In this document: one piece after another, positions 7,732-19,100 of the stretch | How positions within the stretch are numbered: the first letter of the stretch is position 1 | Layout: each line of letters starts with the position of its first letter | Virus record (IMG/VR): IMGVR_UViG_3300031660_000001 | Reading direction: 5' to 3' (one strand) | DNA from: an uncultured virus (IMG/VR IMGVR_UViG_3300031660_000001) | Taxonomy: Duplodnaviria > Heunggongvirae > Uroviricota > Caudoviricetes > Crassvirales | DNA length: 64,000 nt | The notes under the pieces: model-generated | Told to the model about the DNA's origin: nothing | The model's input: only the letters and a program-made list of their open reading frames with translations | Databases searched by the model: none | Made by a program: the position numbers and the translations under genes

Positions 7732-10163
7732 AAAAAGTAAACATAGATATTCAGGCTGCTGCATTCCCAGATCAATTCGTTTCTGACTCTACTAAAGATT
7801 CTAAGGAGTATGGTTTACAGATAGGTCAGTCGATACAATATGAATGGTTTAGAAGAGATAGTGGCTCTTGTAGATTTTATAGTCAATGGGAAGAATTCAT
7901 GCGTTTAAGATTATACGCAAGAGGTGAGCAGTCAGTAGCCAAATACAAAAACGAATTAGCAATAGATGGCGATTTAAGTTATCTTAATTTAGACTGGACA
8001 CCACTTCCTATTATACCGAAGTTTGTAGACATTGTAGTAAATGGAATGTCTGACAGACTTTTTAAAGTTAAAGCATACGCTGAAGATGCGATGTCAGCAG
8101 AAAAAAGAAATGAGTTTCAGGAGATGATTGAAGCAGACATGTTGGCAAAGCCTATTTTAGAGCAAATGCAAGTAGATTTTAATGTAAATTTATTTACAAC
8201 AAATCAAGATGAAATACCTGAAAGTGATGAAGAGCTAGAGCTTTATATGCAAATGAAATATAAGCCAGCTGTAGAGATAGCAGAAGAAGAAGCTATCAAC
8301 ACGTTGTTTGCTGAAAATCATTATAACGACACTAGGAGTAGAGTTGATTATGACTTAGCTACAATTGGTTTAGGTATTACAAAACATGAATTTTTATTAG
8401 GATCAGGTGTTGAAATTAAATATGTAGACCCAGCAAACGTGGTTTATAGTTATACGGAAGACCCTTACTTTAAGGATTGTTTTTATTGGGGAGAAATTAA
8501 AACAGTTCCTATGACGGAGCTTATTAAAATTGACCCTGATTTAACTGATGACGATTTAAATGAAATAGCTAAGTATAGTCAGTCTTGGTATAATTATTTT
8601 AATACCGCACAGTTTTCTCAAAACAGTATGTTTTATAGAGACACCGCTACTTTAATGTATTTTAATTATAAAACCACGCATACGTTTGTTTACAAAAAAA
8701 AGAAATTAGCAGATGGAACTTATAAAACTGTAGAAAAAGATGATGAATTTAACCCTCCTCAAGAAATGATGGATGAGGGAAATTTTGAGAAAGTTACAAA
8801 AAGAATAGACGTTTGGTATGATGGGGTGATGGTGATGGGAACCAATATATTATTAAAATGGGAGTTAGCTGAAAACATGGTGAGACCTAAATCATCAAAT
8901 CAATTTGCTATGCCTAATTACGTAGCATGCGCTCCAAGAATGTATAAAGGAAGATTAGAATCACTAGTAAAAAGAATGATTCCATTTGCTGATCTTATAC
9001 AGATGACACATTTAAAAATTCAACAAGTAGTTTCTAGAGTTGTCCCGGATGGTGTGTTTATAGATGCTGATGGATTAAATGAAGTAGATTTAGGAACAGG
9101 TAACGCTTATAATCCAGAAGATGCTTTAAGATTGTATTTCCAAACAGGTAGTGTTATAGGAAGAAGTTTTACTCAAGATGGAGATTTTAATAATGGGAAA
9201 GCACCTATTACACAGTTAACTTCAAGTAGTGGAGGAACTAAGTTGCAAATGTTAATTGCTAATTATAATCATTATTTAGATATGATTAGGCAGGTAACAG
9301 GTTTAAATGAAGCTAGAGATGGTTCAATGCCAGACCCCAACTCTTTAGTGGGGGTTCAAAAATTAGCTGCATTAAATTCAAACACGGCTACAAGGCATAT
9401 TTTGCAAAGTAGTTTATATATTACCAGGACTCTTGCTGAGTGTTTATCAATAAGAACATCTGATATTTTAGAATATTCAGATTTTAAAGATGAGTTCATA
9501 ATGCAGGTAGGAAAATATAATGCAAGAATTCTTGAAGATATTAAAGATTTATATTTATTTGATTTCGGAATATTTATAGAAATGGCTCCTGATGAAGAAG
9601 AGAAAGCTATGTTGGAACAAAACATTCAAATGGCTTTATCTAAAGAGAACATAAGTTTAGAAGATGCTATAGACATAAGGGAGATTAATAATCTTAAAAT
9701 GGCGAATCAATTACTTAAGTTGAAGCGTAAACAAAAACAAGAAACAGAGCAAGCTCAAAGACAGCAAGAGCAACAAATGCAAGCGCAAATGCAAATGCAA
9801 GCTCAACAAGCTCAAGCTCAATTAGACGCTCAGAAAATTGAGATGGAAGCACAAACTAAGATTCAATATAGACAAGCTGATGTTGCTTTTGAAATAGAAA
9901 AGCTTAAAAACGAAGCGGAGTTAAAAAAACAATTAATGCAGACTGAGTTTGATTTTAACATGCAATTAAAAGGGTTGGAATCAGAAAATTTAAGTCAGCG
10001 TGAAAGCAATAGAGAAAGTGCTAAAGACAGTAGAGTAAGTCTACAGTCTACAGAACAATCTAAATTAATAGAGCAAAGGAAAAACAATCTTCCTCCAATA
10101 AATTTTGAATCTAACGAGGATAGTTTAGATGGATTTGATTTAGCTGAATTTGAACCTAGATAG
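7728..10163 (+). CDS. Portal protein
   Basis: Follows terL; 811 aa, LDWTP.PIIPKFVDIVVNG, Q-rich C-terminal coiled coil. Confidence 0.85.
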   Translation: MKKVNIDIQAAAFPDQFVSDSTKDSKEYGLQIGQSIQYEWFRRDSGSCRFYSQWEEFMRLRLYARGEQSVAKYKNELAIDGDLSYLNLDWTPLPIIPKFVDIVVNGMSDRLFKVKAYAEDAMSAEKRNEFQEMIEADMLAKPILEQMQVDFNVNLFTTNQDEIPESDEELELYMQMKYKPAVEIAEEEAINTLFAENHYNDTRSRVDYDLATIGLGITKHEFLLGSGVEIKYVDPANVVYSYTEDPYFKDCFYWGEIKTVPMTELIKIDPDLTDDDLNEIAKYSQSWYNYFNTAQFSQNSMFYRDTATLMYFNYKTTHTFVYKKKKLADGTYKTVEKDDEFNPPQEMMDEGNFEKVTKRIDVWYDGVMVMGTNILLKWELAENMVRPKSSNQFAMPNYVACAPRMYKGRLESLVKRMIPFADLIQMTHLKIQQVVSRVVPDGVFIDADGLNEVDLGTGNAYNPEDALRLYFQTGSVIGRSFTQDGDFNNGKAPITQLTSSSGGTKLQMLIANYNHYLDMIRQVTGLNEARDGSMPDPNSLVGVQKLAALNSNTATRHILQSSLYITRTLAECLSIRTSDILEYSDFKDEFIMQVGKYNARILEDIKDLYLFDFGIFIEMAPDEEEKAMLEQNIQMALSKENISLEDAIDIREINNLKMANQLLKLKRKQKQETEQAQRQQEQQMQAQMQMQAQQAQAQLDAQKIEMEAQTKIQYRQADVAFEIEKLKNEAELKKQLMQTEFDFNMQLKGLESENLSQRESNRESAKDSRVSLQSTEQSKLIEQRKNNLPPINFESNEDSLDGFDLAEFEPR

Positions 10164-10212
10164 CTTAAAATAAATATATATAATTGTTTAACTTTACTAA
10201 AAATTAAATCAA

Positions 10213-11337
10213 ATGGAAATAAAAGTAAGAGACTTAGGGGTGGTTGAAGAAAAATCCCGTGCAGAAGTGGAAGAACAATTGCTTAAAAAGCATGAAGAAA
10301 AGTTTGAAGATTCCGCACAACCCACAGAAACTGTAGATAAAGTAGAGTTAAATTCTTCTACTGAACCAGAGGCTGTTGAAAAAGAAAACACTCCAGTGCC
10401 AGAGTTAAATGACACAGACGTTCTTTCTTATATTAGAGATAGATATAATAAGGATATAAATTCGGTAGACGAATTACTTGCGGAAAAAGAGGCAAATGAG
10501 GAGCTACCAGAAGATGTATCTGCATATTTTAAGTACAAAAAAGAAACCGGCCGAGGTATCTCAGATTTTTATAATCTACAAAAAGATATTGAAAGCATGG
10601 GTGACGATGATGTACTAGCTAATTACTATAGCGCAACTGAAGAAGGTTTAGACGCTATAGATATTCAAGATATAATTGAAGACAAGTTCAGTGTCGATGA
10701 AGACGTGGATGAGCCTAAAGATATTAAGAAAATTAAATTAGCAAAAAAACGAGAACTTGCGAAAGCTAAAAAGTTTTTGAATGAACAAAAAGATAAATAT
10801 AAAGTTCCTCTTGAGTCAAGTGGGGATGGGTTATCTGCTGAACAACAAGAAAATTTAAGTGCTTATAAGAGTTACATTAATGAATCTCAAACAATTGAGG
10901 AGCAAACTAAAAAAAAGTATGATTACTTTAAAACAAAAACCGATCAGGTTTTTAACGATGAGTTCAAAGGTTTTGAATTTAAAGTTGGAGAAAGTGATAT
11001 TACTTTTAAGCCAGGGACTTCTGACGAGCTAAAAAATGTTCAATCTGATATTAATAATTTTATTGGTAAATATTTAAACAAAGATGGCTTAATAGAAGAC
11101 TCAAAAGGTTATCATCGTTCTTTAGCAGTAGCTATGAACCCTGATAAATTTGCTCAATTTTTTTACGATCAAGGTGTCTCAAATACCGTAGACAATGTTT
11201 CTAGAAAATCTAAAAACATAAATATGAATGTGAGACAGTCTCCGCAGACCATCACTAAAGATGGAATGAAAATAAGGGCAGTAGGAAATACCGATAGTGG
11301 AAGAGGACTTAGAATTAGAAGTATTAAACGAAGTTAA
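10213..11337 (+). CDS. Putative capsid scaffolding protein
   Basis: Acidic helical protein between portal and capsid; TAACTTTA box at 10189-10196. Confidence 0.7.
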   Translation: MEIKVRDLGVVEEKSRAEVEEQLLKKHEEKFEDSAQPTETVDKVELNSSTEPEAVEKENTPVPELNDTDVLSYIRDRYNKDINSVDELLAEKEANEELPEDVSAYFKYKKETGRGISDFYNLQKDIESMGDDDVLANYYSATEEGLDAIDIQDIIEDKFSVDEDVDEPKDIKKIKLAKKRELAKAKKFLNEQKDKYKVPLESSGDGLSAEQQENLSAYKSYINESQTIEEQTKKKYDYFKTKTDQVFNDEFKGFEFKVGESDITFKPGTSDELKNVQSDINNFIGKYLNKDGLIEDSKGYHRSLAVAMNPDKFAQFFYDQGVSNTVDNVSRKSKNINMNVRQSPQTITKDGMKIRAVGNTDSGRGLRIRSIKRS

Positions 11338-11360
11338 CATTATTAAAAAAAATTAAAATT

Positions 11361-12863
11361 ATGGCAGTAAATGCAATCCCCGGATTTGATTTGCAACCAA
11401 GTGCACAACAAACGCCCTTGTCTACAAATTATTTAAATAGCGCAGGTTTTACCTGGGTTCAACAATACCTTCCTGACACGTACGAAAAAGAATTCGAGCG
11501 TTATGGAAATAGAACAGTAGCATCATTCTTAAGAATGGTAGGCGCTGAAATGCCTTCTAACTCTGACCTTATCAAATGGGCAGAACAAGGAAGATTACAT
11601 CAAAAATATCAAAATTGTGTATCAGCAGGAGCAGCGGGAGCTAGAACTGGTGTATGGACAATTCCAGGTATAGGAGCAGTACCAGGAGTAGGTACTAATA
11701 ACCCAACTAACTTTAACCCACAAATAAATGCAGGTGGGCCAAATACGGCAGCTTTAAGAGTTGGACAAACTGTAGTTATTTCTGACAATACTGTTGGATC
11801 TAATTTACAAAATAAAGGTATCGTAACTGTAGCTCCTACGGCTGCTGCACCAGGTGTTTTCACAGTAGCTTACTATGAAACGGGTGGTCAAGCAATGGTA
11901 GCAGCAACTGCATTGTGTGATATATTTATCTATGGTTCTGAGTTCGCTAAAGGAACTAACGGAATGTTAGGTTCTAACGAAGCTGATGACAATATCTTTG
12001 ACAATAAGCCAATTATAATCAAGGACAGATATGCTGTTTCTGGTTCTGACATGGCTCAAATTGGATGGATAGAAGTTACAACTGAAAATGGAGCGAGTGG
12101 ATATTTATGGTACTTAAAATCTGAGCACGAAACAAGACTTAGATTTGAAGACTATTTAGAAACTGCTATGCTAGAAGCTGTACCTGCTGCTGCTGGTTCA
12201 GGAGCTGGAGATTTCTTACAAGGAAACTTAGCTGCTGGAACTTCTGCTGCTGGATTAAGTGGATCTGACGGTGTATTTTTTGTTGTAGGTAATAGAGGAA
12301 ATGTTTTTGGAGGTGGTAACCCACAGAATCTTGGAGCATTTGATAATATTATCCAAAGACTTGATAAGCAAGGAGCGATAGAAGAAAATGTAATTTTCTG
12401 TAATAGACAATTTTCATTTGATATGGATGATATGTTAGCTGCACAAAACTCTCACGGAGCGGGTGGTACATCATATGGTCTTTTTGACAATGATAAAGAC
12501 ATGGCTTTAAATCTTGGATTTACAGGATTTAGAAGAGGTTATGACTTCTATAAGTCTGACTGGAAATATCTTAACGATCCTACTATGAGAGGTGGTATTC
12601 AAGGTGGAGGAATCAATGGACTTTTAGTTCCTGCTGGTTCAACTACAGTTTATGACCAAATCTTAGGTAAGAACGCTAAGAGACCTTTCTTACATGTAAG
12701 ATATAGAGCTTCAGAAACTGAAGACAGAAGGTATAAGACTTGGATTACTGGTTCTGCTGGTGGTGCTCAATCTTCTTCCTTGGATGCAATGGAAGTAAAT
12801 TTCCTATCAGAAAGAGCTGTATGTACTTTAGGTGCAAACAACTTCTTCTTATTCCAAAACTAG
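11361..12863 (+). CDS. Major capsid protein
   Basis: Position after scaffold; 500 aa; WAEQGRLH, biased codons, downstream terminator. Confidence 0.85.
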   Translation: MAVNAIPGFDLQPSAQQTPLSTNYLNSAGFTWVQQYLPDTYEKEFERYGNRTVASFLRMVGAEMPSNSDLIKWAEQGRLHQKYQNCVSAGAAGARTGVWTIPGIGAVPGVGTNNPTNFNPQINAGGPNTAALRVGQTVVISDNTVGSNLQNKGIVTVAPTAAAPGVFTVAYYETGGQAMVAATALCDIFIYGSEFAKGTNGMLGSNEADDNIFDNKPIIIKDRYAVSGSDMAQIGWIEVTTENGASGYLWYLKSEHETRLRFEDYLETAMLEAVPAAAGSGAGDFLQGNLAAGTSAAGLSGSDGVFFVVGNRGNVFGGGNPQNLGAFDNIIQRLDKQGAIEENVIFCNRQFSFDMDDMLAAQNSHGAGGTSYGLFDNDKDMALNLGFTGFRRGYDFYKSDWKYLNDPTMRGGIQGGGINGLLVPAGSTTVYDQILGKNAKRPFLHVRYRASETEDRRYKTWITGSAGGAQSSSLDAMEVNFLSERAVCTLGANNFFLFQN

Positions 12864-12880
12864 ATTATTGTATAAATTTT

Positions 12881-12916
12881 ACCCTCACATGTGTGGGGGT
12901 AGGGTTTATTTTTTTT
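12881..12916 (+). terminator. Intrinsic terminator after the capsid gene
   Basis: Hairpin accctcac-atgt-gtgggggt followed by a T-rich run. Confidence 0.6.
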
Positions 12917-12939
12917 AAATCAAATTAAATTATATTATA

Positions 12940-13698
12940 ATGAAAACAAAAAACACTACATTAGTAAGCAAAGCATATAGATTAACAAGGGCAGAACGTC
13001 CTCTTTCTTACATGCTTTCATCAAGACATTCAGTTAGATCCCCTTTATTACATTTTGACGAAGAGAAAGGAATTAATAGACCTTTACGTTATGCAAGAAA
13101 TCAAAAAACGCCATTTGAAGATGAGCAAGATGGAAACGCTATTTTAGAGCCCGTGGTTTTTGAAGATGGTATGCTATATGTACAAAGAGAAAATCAGATA
13201 TTACAACAATTCTTACATTTTCATCCTGGTAATGGAATGATATTTGAAGAAATTAACGAATCAAAAGATGCATCTGTAGAACTAGAATATGTAGAGCTTG
13301 AAATTGACGCACAAGTTTTAGCAAAAGACTTGCCTACAGAAAAATTAATTTCTATATCTAGAATGCTGATGGGTAATGTTGCTAATAGCCTTACTACACC
13401 ACAATTAAGAAGAGACATATTAATTTATGCTAAAAACAATCCTGAAGATTTTATTGAAACAGTAAATGATCCTTTATTAGATTTACAAAATGAAGTGCAC
13501 GGATTCTTAGACGCTGGATTTATAGCTTTCAGAAACAACAATAAAGATGTTTATTACAATCTTCCTGGAAACAAGAAAAAAATGATAACCATTCCTTTTA
13601 ACGAAGATCCTAATTATGTAATTACATCTTATCTGCAAAGTGATGAAGGTATTGAGGCATATAAGTTCTTAAAAAAACGCTTAAATAAAGAAAAATAG
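12940..13698 (+). CDS. Conserved phage hypothetical protein downstream of the capsid gene
   Basis: ORF track, 252 aa. Confidence 0.8.
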   Translation: MKTKNTTLVSKAYRLTRAERPLSYMLSSRHSVRSPLLHFDEEKGINRPLRYARNQKTPFEDEQDGNAILEPVVFEDGMLYVQRENQILQQFLHFHPGNGMIFEEINESKDASVELEYVELEIDAQVLAKDLPTEKLISISRMLMGNVANSLTTPQLRRDILIYAKNNPEDFIETVNDPLLDLQNEVHGFLDAGFIAFRNNNKDVYYNLPGNKKKMITIPFNEDPNYVITSYLQSDEGIEAYKFLKKRLNKEK

Positions 13699-13704
13699 AA
13701 AGCT

Positions 13705-13712
13705 TATCTTTG
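13705..13712 (+). promoter_or_regulatory. -7 promoter box TATCTTTG
   Basis: Intergenic TAnnTTTG. Confidence 0.65.
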
Positions 13713-13742
13713 TAAATTATTAACCCATTAAAATTTTTAACT

Positions 13743-14156
13743 ATGGACAAATTTATCAAATTAAACATTGCTGGAGCAGGTGCTGACTCTGGTTTTAAAC
13801 TAATTTCTATTAACGACATTTTAGAAGTTAAACAAGAAACTAATCTGTTAATTCAGATTTTTTACAAAAACATTTCTACGGCACAATTAGGTTACGCTAT
13901 TGCAGATGATGGTTCAGCTGCGGTTCCTGCTGCAACTAATGTAGTTCAGTCTATTGCAATAACTTTAGTTGCTGCTGCTGCTGACACGTTTGCTTGGAAG
14001 AATTTCCTAAACGAATCTATTGAGACTGCTTTAACATTATCATGGCAACAACCAGTATTTACTCCTGCGGGAAGTTCATACCCACCTGTTGCTGCTGCTG
14101 GTGCTGCACCAAGTACAATTGCTTCAATTGTTTCAGGTGTAAAAGCTGCTAGCTAA
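13743..14156 (+). CDS. Ala-rich putative structural/decoration protein
   Basis: Own promoter box and terminator; codon bias like the capsid gene. Confidence 0.6.
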   Translation: MDKFIKLNIAGAGADSGFKLISINDILEVKQETNLLIQIFYKNISTAQLGYAIADDGSAAVPAATNVVQSIAITLVAAAADTFAWKNFLNESIETALTLSWQQPVFTPAGSSYPPVAAAGAAPSTIASIVSGVKAAS

Positions 14157-14186
14157 CAGCCTTAAGATTTAGTTCTTATTAAAATA

Positions 14187-14223
14187 AAAGAGAGGTTACA
14201 TAAAAGTGACCTCTTTTTTTTTT
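14187..14223 (+). terminator. Intrinsic terminator
   Basis: agaggttac-loop-gtgacctct followed by a T run. Confidence 0.8.
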
Positions 14224-14226
14224 AAC

Positions 14227-14234
14227 TATATTTG
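14227..14234 (+). promoter_or_regulatory. -7 promoter box TATATTTG
   Basis: Intergenic TAnnTTTG directly after the terminator. Confidence 0.65.
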
Positions 14235-14249
14235 TAAAAAGATTTTGAG

Positions 14250-15260
14250 ATGATTAACTCGGTTAGAAATACAGTTTTAGCTATTGCCAATAAAAACAAT
14301 TATGGATACATAGCTCCACAAGACTTTAATCTATATGCTCAACAAGCACAAATGGATTTGTTTGAAGATTACTTTTATCAATATAATAGTTGGATAGTAA
14401 AACAAAACCAAAGAGTATCAGGAACAGGATATGCTGATATAGTAAAAAGTTTAGTAGAGGTTATAGATGAATTTTCTGTAACTAAAGGGTTGATAAAACA
14501 AGGTAATAGTATGTACTTTTTGCCGGATGATTATTACTTTATAAGTAAAATAAATAATTATCCTAATTTTATAACTTCTGGAACAAACAATTTAAACAGT
14601 GTTAATAATCTAGTAGGCGATTCTACAGCTGCATTTGCAGCTAGTGGCGTACTTCCTGGACAAATAATAGTTAATACAACAGCTAGTAGCACGTACAAAG
14701 GTTTTAGTGCTTATGTAGTAAGCGTTGATAGTTTAACACAATTAACATTAAGCTCAAATATATTTCCTGTAACTGTTCCAGCATCTGCAAGCGGAAACAC
14801 ATATTCTATATTTACGACAGCTGGAATAGTAGAGGCTGAAAGAGTAAATCAAAATAAAATATTTTACCTAAATAATTCTCCATTAACAGCACCATCCGTA
14901 GGGTATCCTGCTTATGTGTTAGGTGGAGCAACAACAGGTATAACAGGAGACTCAACAACAGGGAAAGTAGGCAATAGCATCACAGTATACCCTACATCAT
15001 TAACCACAGGTGGTTCGATGATTGCGGAATATGTAAGATACCCTTTACCTCCTAACTGGACATACGCAAGTGTACTTGCAGGTGGAGCACCAGTATTCAA
15101 TTCAGCGGCAGCTGATTATCAAGATTTTGAATTACCATTGTCTGACGAACCAGGCCTTGTAGCTAAAATTTGTCAATACATAGGTATAGAAATTAGAGAG
15201 CCAGCTGTAAATCAATTTGGAATACAAGAAATCAATGAAGATAATCAAACACAAGGATAG
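14250..15260 (+). CDS. Putative head-tail adaptor/ring protein with an inserted beta domain
   Basis: NKNNYGYIAPQDFNLYAQQAQ…YVRYP.PPNW…DFELP; position in the tail module. Confidence 0.6.
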   Translation: MINSVRNTVLAIANKNNYGYIAPQDFNLYAQQAQMDLFEDYFYQYNSWIVKQNQRVSGTGYADIVKSLVEVIDEFSVTKGLIKQGNSMYFLPDDYYFISKINNYPNFITSGTNNLNSVNNLVGDSTAAFAASGVLPGQIIVNTTASSTYKGFSAYVVSVDSLTQLTLSSNIFPVTVPASASGNTYSIFTTAGIVEAERVNQNKIFYLNNSPLTAPSVGYPAYVLGGATTGITGDSTTGKVGNSITVYPTSLTTGGSMIAEYVRYPLPPNWTYASVLAGGAPVFNSAAADYQDFELPLSDEPGLVAKICQYIGIEIREPAVNQFGIQEINEDNQTQG

Positions 15261-15263
15261 GAT

Positions 15264-16184
15264 ATGGCATATATAAATGATTACGCATATTACGCAAATT
15301 CAGGAGCAGTTCCAGAAGCTAAAAACTGGGGATCCTACCAGTATGTATCGTTAGATGAAGTAGTGAATAATTTTATGTTAATGTATCAAGGAAATAATTC
15401 TCTTGTAAATAACATAGAAAGATACCAAGTTTTATTTCACGCAAAACGTGGTGTTCAAGAATTGAACTATGATGCAATGAAAGAGATTAAGGTGTTGCAA
15501 ATGGATTTAGGTGAAGAATTAAAGTTTATTCTTCCGTCTGACTATGTTAACTGGGTAAGAATATCTCAATTTGTAAATGGAGTTTTACTTCCATTAACAG
15601 AAAACATACAAACAGGTTGGGCTAGTACTTACCTACAAGATAATGATGGTAAGATTATTTATGATCAAGATGGTAATGTTTTAAAGCCTCAGGATTCAGA
15701 ATTAGATATGTCTTTTAGAAGTGGAGCAACTAGTATATACCTAAACGCAAACAGCCCTTATAATGGCCAAGAAGGTCATTGTGTAGATGGAAATTGGTAT
15801 TTTGATTATGCAGTAGGAGCAAGATTTGGATTAAACACAGAAACGGCAAACCAAAATAAGACCTTCTCAATAGATAAAGCTAGAGGAGTTATTAATTTTA
15901 GTTCAGCTCAGTCTGGAAATTCAATAGTTTTAGAATATGTTTCAGATGGTATGGAACAAGGTGTGGATGGAAATATAAGTGTAAATAAATTATTTGAAGA
16001 ATTTATATATGCATATATTAAATACTCTATTTTAAACTCTAAAATGGGGGTTCAAGAATACATAGTAAATAGAGCTAGAAAAGACAAATCTTCTTTATTA
16101 AGAAATGCTAAAATTAGATTAAGTAATATTCACCCTGGAAGACTTATGATGAGCATGAGAGGAAAGGACAAATGGATAAAGTAA
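15264..16184 (+). CDS. Putative tail/ring structural protein
   Basis: FILPSDYVNWVRIS…LEYVSDG; position in the tail module. Confidence 0.6.
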   Translation: MAYINDYAYYANSGAVPEAKNWGSYQYVSLDEVVNNFMLMYQGNNSLVNNIERYQVLFHAKRGVQELNYDAMKEIKVLQMDLGEELKFILPSDYVNWVRISQFVNGVLLPLTENIQTGWASTYLQDNDGKIIYDQDGNVLKPQDSELDMSFRSGATSIYLNANSPYNGQEGHCVDGNWYFDYAVGARFGLNTETANQNKTFSIDKARGVINFSSAQSGNSIVLEYVSDGMEQGVDGNISVNKLFEEFIYAYIKYSILNSKMGVQEYIVNRARKDKSSLLRNAKIRLSNIHPGRLMMSMRGKDKWIK

Positions 16185-16185
16185 G

Positions 16186-19100
16186 ATGCCAATAGTAACA
16201 ACAAATTTTATCGCTGGTCGAATGAACCAAAGCGTGGATGAACGATTAGTTCCACCAGGTGAATACATTGAAGCGCTTAACGTAAGGTTAGGAGCTACAG
16301 AGACCACAGAGATAGGTGCTTTAGAGAACTCTAAAGGAAACACACAAATTACAACTTTACTGTTTAATAATACCGTTTTAACAAACGCTGAGTGTATAGG
16401 AGCGTATGATGATGGAGCTAATGAAACCATGTATTGGTTTGTTACTTCAGATACAGCAGATATGATTGTATCTTTTGACACTAAAACAACTTTACTTAAT
16501 TATCATGTAACAGATGCAGGAAATGTATTAAACTTTGACTCTAAATTTTTAATTACAGGCGTTAATAAAATAGGAGATTTGTTGTTTTTTACAGATGACA
16601 AAAATCCTCCTAGAAAGATTAATGTTACTAAAGCTTACCCTGCTGTTACAGAAGCTGATATTAATGTAATTGTTCAGCCACCATTAGCAGCGCCTACCAT
16701 TACTTTATTTACTCAAGCTACAGAAGCAAATTTTATGGAAACCCGTATGATTTCTTTTGCTTACAGGTATAAATATCAAGATGAAGAATACAGTGCGTTG
16801 TCTCAGTTTAGTGACATAGCATTTGCTCCAGGAGTATTTACTTATGACCCCGCTACAAATTTAAATAAAGGAATGCTGAATATTTATAACGCTGTAACTA
16901 TTGCTTTCAATACAGGAAGCAGTAATGTAATAGGCGTAGATTTAATATTTAAGTTTGCCAACAGCAATACTCTTAATGTAATTGAAAAATTTAAGAAAGC
17001 AGATTTTGGTTGGTCAGACAATTCAATTCAAACTCAAGCATTTAGTAATAGTAAAATATATACTATTTTACCAGAAAGCGAATTATTAAGATTATATGAC
17101 AATGTGCCATTAGTTGCTAAAGCTCAGACTATAATGGCTAACAGATTAGTTTATGGTAATTATGAAGATGGAAGAGATATTATAGATTCTAATGGAATAA
17201 ATTGTAGAATAACTTATTCAGCAGAACTAACAGATGTACCTATAAGTAGTGATGAAATTGATACTACATTCTCTGCCGGACTTAACTATACTATTGACAC
17301 AACTCAAGTTATCCCTTCTTCAACAGTAATTCTTGATTTATCTGGCGTAAAAAACAATTTAAAAATAGGAGCTTTTTTTGGAATTTCTCTTACTTATTTA
17401 AAAAATAAATACACTGGAAACAGTGGAACTGTCTCAGGTAACCAAGGCTCTACGACAATAGACGTTATTTACACTATACCTCAAACCTTTTCTAGCGTTC
17501 AAGAAATGGCGCTTAGCGATAGTTTTAAAGCTGCTATTGTTACTGGATTTCAAACAGTAGGTAATTGTGCCGCAGGTACAACATTTACAGACACTTTTAA
17601 TTGTAGCGTTCAAAACCCTGCTGAAGATAATGCTGATATTACTTGGCAAAAAGATGAAGCGGGTATTACTGGATTAAACCAAGGGATATTAATCACAACT
17701 CTTGCTGACACAATTTCATTACAACTTCCAGCAATGAGGTTTTCTGATGTTGAAGGGCCGCCTTTTGCTGCTCCATTATTTGCATATTACTCAATGGTTA
17801 ACGCATCAGCTCAGTTTATACAAAACGCTAGTATTCAAAGTTTACATAGTAATAGAAACTATGAAGTTGGAATAGTTTACATGGATGAATACTTAAGAAG
17901 CACTACAGCTTTAGTTTCACAAGGAATTGATCCGACCGTTTTTGTTCCTGCTAGTAATGCGGTATTTCAAAATTCAATTAAAGTTACGATTCCGCCTTTA
18001 CAAAACCCGCCACAATGGGCTACTAAATATAAATTTGTAGTAAAAAAGGCTGAAGGGCCTTATGAAACAATATATAGTAATTTTTATTATTCGGACTCTA
18101 CAGACAATTCAATATACTTTAAGTTAGAGGGACAAAATCAAAATAAAGCAAGAACAGGAGATATATTAAGAATAAAAGCGGATAGCACCGGAGCTCTTCT
18201 AGGGTTAGCGGTTGCAGAGGTGTTAAGCGTAGATGCTCAGCAACGAAACTTCCTAACCCCAAAAGCAAACATTGAAGATGGTGATGTAAAGCCTTACATT
18301 GCTGAAATGGCAGGACTGTATATGAAGATGAAGCCTACCTCTTTTAATGTTGACACTTCAGAAAAGTCTAATTTTTTTGATAGTGGGAGACAGAATGTAT
18401 GTTTTGTATCAGGATCAAGTTTCCCTGGAGTAAAATTAGATTGTTTTTTTGAATCAGCTGACGGGCAGACTGACACAAACTTAGTGCTTCCAGCGGGAAG
18501 TTTAGTAACGTTTGATATTGAATTTAGTAGAAGAGGACAAAACGGAACTAACAAACCCTGTGGAAGAGTAATTTACACTTATGTTAGAACATTTCAAGCA
18601 AGCCAAGATTATAACAATATGTTTGATTTTGTTAATGGAGAAGGTATTGATTTTAAAGGAGGAGATATTACTAATTTTGACGATGGCGCTGATCCAAACA
18701 ACGTATATAACAATACCATAGGCACTACTTTTCCAGCAAACATCAGAGGGACTAACCAATACCAATTTATAACAAGTAATGGTCAAGTTCCTGACACTTC
18801 AAATAAATTACAATTAATTATATTAAGTGGAGTAAGTGGGTGTGCTGGTCACAGAAATTCTTGTGCTAATGGAAGAATAACAGTACAGATTGCGGATTCT
18901 TTAATGATTTTTGAAACTACTCCTATTGATATTGATAATGATATATATTATGAAAACGATACTTGTTATGATATAACAAACAATCGACATATGTCAGGAA
19001 CTTCAGCAACAGACCAAGCGCAAACTGACTTGCTTCCAGCAATAGTTAACCTAGGTTTTTTTGATTGTTATTCTTTTGGAAATGGCGTAGAAAGTTTTAA

